Assembly (NCBI RefSeq): GCF_004010195.1
Contig: NC_057748.1
Coordinates: forward strand, 10,602,428 to 10,666,427
DNA: 64,000 bases
DNA from: Chiloscyllium plagiosum
Lineage: Eukaryota
Reading direction: 5' to 3'
Below are positions 59,138 through 64,000 of the stretch, piece by piece. The notes below the pieces were generated by a model. That model worked only from the letters and a program-made list of their open reading frames with translations. It was not told the DNA's origin and did no database searches. Made by a program: the position numbers and the translations under genes. Numbering within the stretch: the stretch's first letter is position 1; each line of letters begins with the position of its first letter.

Positions 59138-60419
59138 CTTACGTAAATGCAAATTCTGTAAGTATATCTGCCTGGAAATGAGATTAAAACATCCTCTGAA
59201 ACTTCACTGTTGTATCTGAGTTTGTGTTTTAAGATATGCTGAAAACAGATTTGCAGAACTTTGTTAGTTTGTTACTCTGAGGGATTTGTCTTCCTACCTT
59301 CTGAATGACAGTGTTGGGAGTCCATTGAAAAATGTCTAGATTTTGTTGACATTAAACATTTGCCTATTGATTGACAGTGACAGAAATGAAGTGCTTTTGG
59401 GTCATCCAGTGCAGGCAACTGATGTACTTTGTGGATCCTTTCTGATTCTGCTGTGATCTCTTTGACTTTAGGTCTCAGGAAACCCAGTTTACAAACCAAA
59501 ACGGTAAATGTGCTGAGTGCGTCAGCCATGTAGTAGGTCTCAGGCTTCCATGTCTAAACTGCTGTTGGAAACATATTGCACGATCGATGTTTCTGTCTCC
59601 ATATTTAGTATTTAATAGTTTCAAGAAGAACTAGCCCTCAACTCAAGGATGTTTCCAAGTGGAGAGATTCTGATTCTGTTTACATTGCATTCTGCAGGCG
59701 GTACAGCTCAGAAACTGGCCTCCCAGCTCAATGTGGTCCATACACACATCTTTATGGACGTGACGGTCTCTCAGCATAAAGTTGAATGTGTTGAACTGAG
59801 CAGCCTCCAGTGGAGTGGTGGGCTGTGAGAGTTTGGGGATTGAAGGTCCCCACTCAATGTTAGGGGATGATCACAGTCTTGACGGATGGATTGGTGGAAG
59901 CAAGTTACTTTGACCCAGTATCTGATTCAAATACCAGGTTACAGTCTTGTTGGATTGAGTTACAAGTTTGGATATTAAACATGGAACCATGATCAGAGGT
60001 CAACCCTCATAAATATTCACGGCGATGAGAGCAAGTCAGAGGCTGGAAATTCTGTTGTAAATTTCTCAACTCCTGACTTTCCAAAGCCTCTCCACCATCT
60101 GGAAGGAAAAGTTGAGGAATACTTTCCAATCTTCTGGCTGAATACAGCCCCAAGAACACTGACGAAGCCCCAGGGAAATCTCTCGCCATCCTGAGGTGGA
60201 ACAATATCACTGTTTCTGAATCCAAGTCCCGGAAGCCCCCCCCCCTCAGCAGCAGCAGCAGCAGCATTATTGTCTCTCCCACACCAGGTGGGCTGTAATA
60301 ACCAGCCCATCACCACCTCCTGAAGGGTAACTGCGGCTGGGCACGCAACGGAGCCTTGTGATTGGCACACTGAAGATTGACCAAATAAAAAAAATACCCT
60401 GCGACAGGGTGTGGGAGTG

Positions 60420-61060
60420 CAACACTAGAGGGGCATAGGCTTAAGGTGAGAGGAGAACGATTAAAATAGGGATGTGAGGGGCAACCTTTTCAGAGAGAGT
60501 GTACTGTGGACATGGAACGAGCTGCCAGAGGAAGTGTGGAGGCGGGTACAATTATAACATTTAAAAGACATTTGGATGGATACATGAATGGGAAGGTTTT
60601 AGAGGGACATGGGCCAAATGCAGGCAAGGGCAACTGGTACAGTTTTGGAAATCTGGTCGGCATGGACAGGTTGGGCCAAAGGGTCTGCTTCTGTGATGTA
60701 TGACTCTATGACTCTACTGGTGTGCAACAGCATGTTTCTTTTGGATGGTGTGATGGCTCAGTGGTTAGCACTGCTGCCTCACAGCACCAGGGACCTGGGT
60801 TTGATTCCAGCCTTGGGTGAGTGTGTGGACGCAGAGAGTGTGCGTGTGTGTGTGTATAGAGTGTGCGTGCTCTCCTTGTGCCTGTGTGGGTTTCCTAGGA
60901 GTGCTCCAGTTTCCTCCCACAGTCCAAAGATGTGCAGGATCGGTGAATCAGCCATGGGAAATGCAGGGTTAAGAGGATTGGGTGGGTCTGAACAGGATGC
61001 TGTTCAGATAATTGGTGCAGACTCAATGGGCTGAATGGCCTCAGCCTGCACTGTAGAGAG
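60420..61060 (+). mobile_element. CR1 3' end plus HE1-like SINE
   Basis: EAGTIITFKRHLDGYMN, (tatgactc)n tail and a SINE head. Confidence 0.85.
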
Positions 61061-61552
61061 TATGTCGGCATGACTTGATTGTTTACAATAAANNNNNNNN
61101 NNNNNNNNNNNNNNNNNNNNNNNNNNNNNNNNNNNNNNNNNNNNNNNNNNNNNNNNNNNNNNNNNNNNNNNNNNNNNNNNNNNNNNNNNNNNNNNNNNNA
61201 TCTCCAGGTTTTCTTTCAGAATGACAGCACTCCCCAACTTGGAGAGAAATCACTGCTCCTTCAACATCACTGGGTCAAATCAAACTGCATCAGGAGAATC
61301 CTTCAGCACATGGGAAGCTGGGAGGAAGCTAGGATCAGCTTGGACTGCAAACTGCTGACTTTAGCAGCAAGAGTAAATCAGATGGAAGCATCTCACCTCA
61401 GGCATTGCTGTATTATTCCCAGATCACTGTCATCCTGCTCATTTCAGCTGTAGGCGATGACGAGAGCATGTGTATGAATTCAATGCAGTTCAGGAAAATT
61501 TCTTCAGCTGAGGCCCAGGAATGTGTGGCTGCAGTGAATTATCCCAGCTCTG

Positions 61553-63319
61553 GGTGGGCAGGCTTGAGGTTTATTGAAAGCGCAGGAGCGGTGGTAGGAG
61601 TGAGTCTTCAGATCGGGAGGTACATGAAAGTGAGGGAGAGACAGTGGGATAACTTTGCTACTGCTGGGAAGAACTCCCCTGCTGTGGATTGACTCCTACT
61701 TGTGCTAGAATGGGTATTTCATCAAGGTGCTCATCAGGTGCTGCATGTTTGATTCAGCCTATAGAGAAATGAGCCACTCTGTGTACCGCGCTAAGGGCTG
61801 TAACAAGGCAAGGGGTGAAGATCACAGGCCCCTGTGCTGGTCTGAACCCCAATGGGCTCCTAAGGCTGGGCTCAGAGGTAAAAGAAAACAGTAGCATTTA
61901 GAATATCCTGGTCATGTTAGCTCCCAATGGAATTCTATAACCAGACAAATTGAGATCTTATCATTAGCTGGTTCCACCATCTGGGTAGAAACCAGAACCT
62001 GAGGGACCTCACCCAAAGCCTATAACAAAGATGAACAGATCTGGTCACCCACATCATGCAGTTTTTGATTCCAAATTGTGGAGTCCTTCTAAAGTAAAGA
62101 AAGACATTGATGTGGAGATGAACACTTGATGGGCTAATCTGGAAATAAACTTGGAATCAAAGATTTAGGGTGTCTAGAGAAGTGAATGTTTGGTCGAGAG
62201 GTATGAAACTTCCCTGCCCACTGTTTGCCTAAAACTGTAGGCATTAGTCCAAAAAAAAAAGTATAATTCTTTGACAAAAGTATCATTAAAAAGGTCTTAC
62301 AATCTGGAGTATAAGATATCAACCTCACATGTGCGTGGGTTGTTGGCAACCGCTCTACGAGAACTGACGGCTCCCAGTTCCGGTAACATGTAGAGTGAGT
62401 ATAAGCCAGACCCGTTGTAAGTATGAGACCTGGTTGTGGCGACGCTGCGGGGAATAAAATGCTCATATTCTAGCAGACTCGCCTCTTGGTCGTTTGTTCT
62501 GTGTCAGACTACTCTCCTACGAACCTGACCTTGAGAATTTTTTAAAACAGGTGGGCAGGCATGAAGTCTATTGAAAGTGCAGGAGCGGTGTTAGGAGTGA
62601 GTCTTCAGATAGGGAGGTACATAAAAGTGAGGGAGATATAGTAGGATAATATTGCTAGGAAAAGCTCCCCCTGGTGTCAATTGACTCCTAGTTGTGCTAG
62701 AATGGGTATTTAATCAAGGTGCTCATCAGGAGCTGCATGTTTGGCTCACTACAGATAAATGAACTGGTTGACATACCCCACTGCTACTGGCTGTAACAAG
62801 GCAAGGGGTGAAGATTACAGGCCTCTGTGCTAGTCCTGTTTTGAACCCTGACTGGCTCCAGAGGCTAGGCTCAAGTAAAGAAAACAGCAGCATTTAGAAT
62901 ATCCAGGTCATGTTAGAGTTCCATTAGGAGTTAGACGAGACAGGTTGGGATCATATCATTCCCAGGTTAGCTGGTTCCTCCATCCAGCCTGATGGACCTC
63001 TAACAAGGCCTGGAGGAAGAGGTGAACAGATCTTGTCACCCAGATCATGCAGTTTGGGTCCATGTTGTGGAGTACTTCTAAAGACATTGATGTTGGGGTG
63101 AACACTTCATGGGGAAATTGGAAGCGAACATGGAATCAAAGATGTGGGGTGTCTAGGGAAATTGATATCTCAAGTTGATCTTTTGAAGAGGAACACAAAC
63201 TTCCTTGCACACTGATTTGCCTACAACTGTAGGCAATAGACCAGAATAGTATAATTCTTGGACAAAAAGAATCATTAAATGGAGTATTAAACTAAAGTGT
63301 AAAACACCCAACCTCACAT
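61553..63319. repeat. ~775-bp diverged direct duplication (61553-62330 and 62550-63319)
   Basis: Both units begin ggtgggcaggc and end caacctcacat; the block is single in the paralogous spacer near 53055-53790. Confidence 0.85.
62330..62549 (+). mobile_element. CpG-rich LTR-like element between the duplicated units
   Basis: TG...AACA ends, tataag, AATAAA, 12 CpG in 220 bp. Confidence 0.55.
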
Positions 63320-63571
63320 TCTGGGCAGGATAGCTTGAATTTTAGCTCCATCTAGTTATTCCTGTCCAATGGGGTGCAGAGGGTTGGCTGAGGAGAGGGA
63401 GAGGGGAAAGAGTGAAGAGGATACATTTAGTGAGGTCAGGTGTTTTAGTCCAGTAAATGAGCCAAATTGCAGAGTGATTTACTGGCATCAAGCTCTCCAG
63501 AAATCACTAACAAATGTGAGTGAAGGATCAGTAATCGGAATGATGGACAATCAGTAAGGTACGTACAGGGT

Positions 63572-63577
63572 TTTATT
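63572..63577 (-). terminator. Polyadenylation signal, copy G
   Basis: AATAAA about 125 nt after the stop. Confidence 0.72.
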
Positions 63578-63703
63578 CATTTCCATTCAGGTGGTACAGT
63601 CATTACATCCTTGCAAACATTCCTTCTCCCTAGGGAGGAGCCAGATTGTCCAAGTGAAGTCAGTAATGCATTCAGACAAGAGCAGACAGTACCCCAGGCC
63701 CCA

Positions 63704-63970
<267 letters not shown>

Positions 63971-64000
63971 CTAGCAACGAGAGCTTTTGTACTGTTGAAT

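Overview
Vertebrate genomic DNA. The HE1/HER1-like SINE/CR1 pair and the Penelope and Gypsy repeats point to a cartilaginous fish, probably a shark. There are five N-gaps. The window is dominated by a head-to-tail array of at least seven 4-exon ferritin genes (A-G, all minus strand; G shows only exon 4 and continues beyond the window). The encoded 176-aa subunit keeps H-type ligands E27/Y34/E61/H65/E107 but carries the L-chain hallmarks K62, E141 and R172-L173 (human H numbering), so it is predicted to be ferroxidase-deficient. No iron-responsive element is visible in any 5' UTR, and every copy whose 5' end is in the window has the same TATA/TGACATCA/3xCCAAT/HNF1-ONECUT-like/DR1 promoter module (TATA degenerate in F). 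Exons are almost identical between copies while introns and UTRs have diverged strongly, which suggests concerted evolution. Copy B has lost an intron-2 donor. Copy C has two first exons: a dead proximal one carrying a locally templated insertion and an intact distal one. The spacers contain a processed TJP2 (ZO-2) fragment sharing a triplicated 14-bp target site with a Tx1 LINE tail, an intron-containing foreign fragment fused to a CR1 tail, hammerhead-bearing Penelope derivatives, a near full-length CR1, a Gmr1-like Gypsy remnant, solo LTRs and SINEs. All alignments were done by eye and no database search was run.
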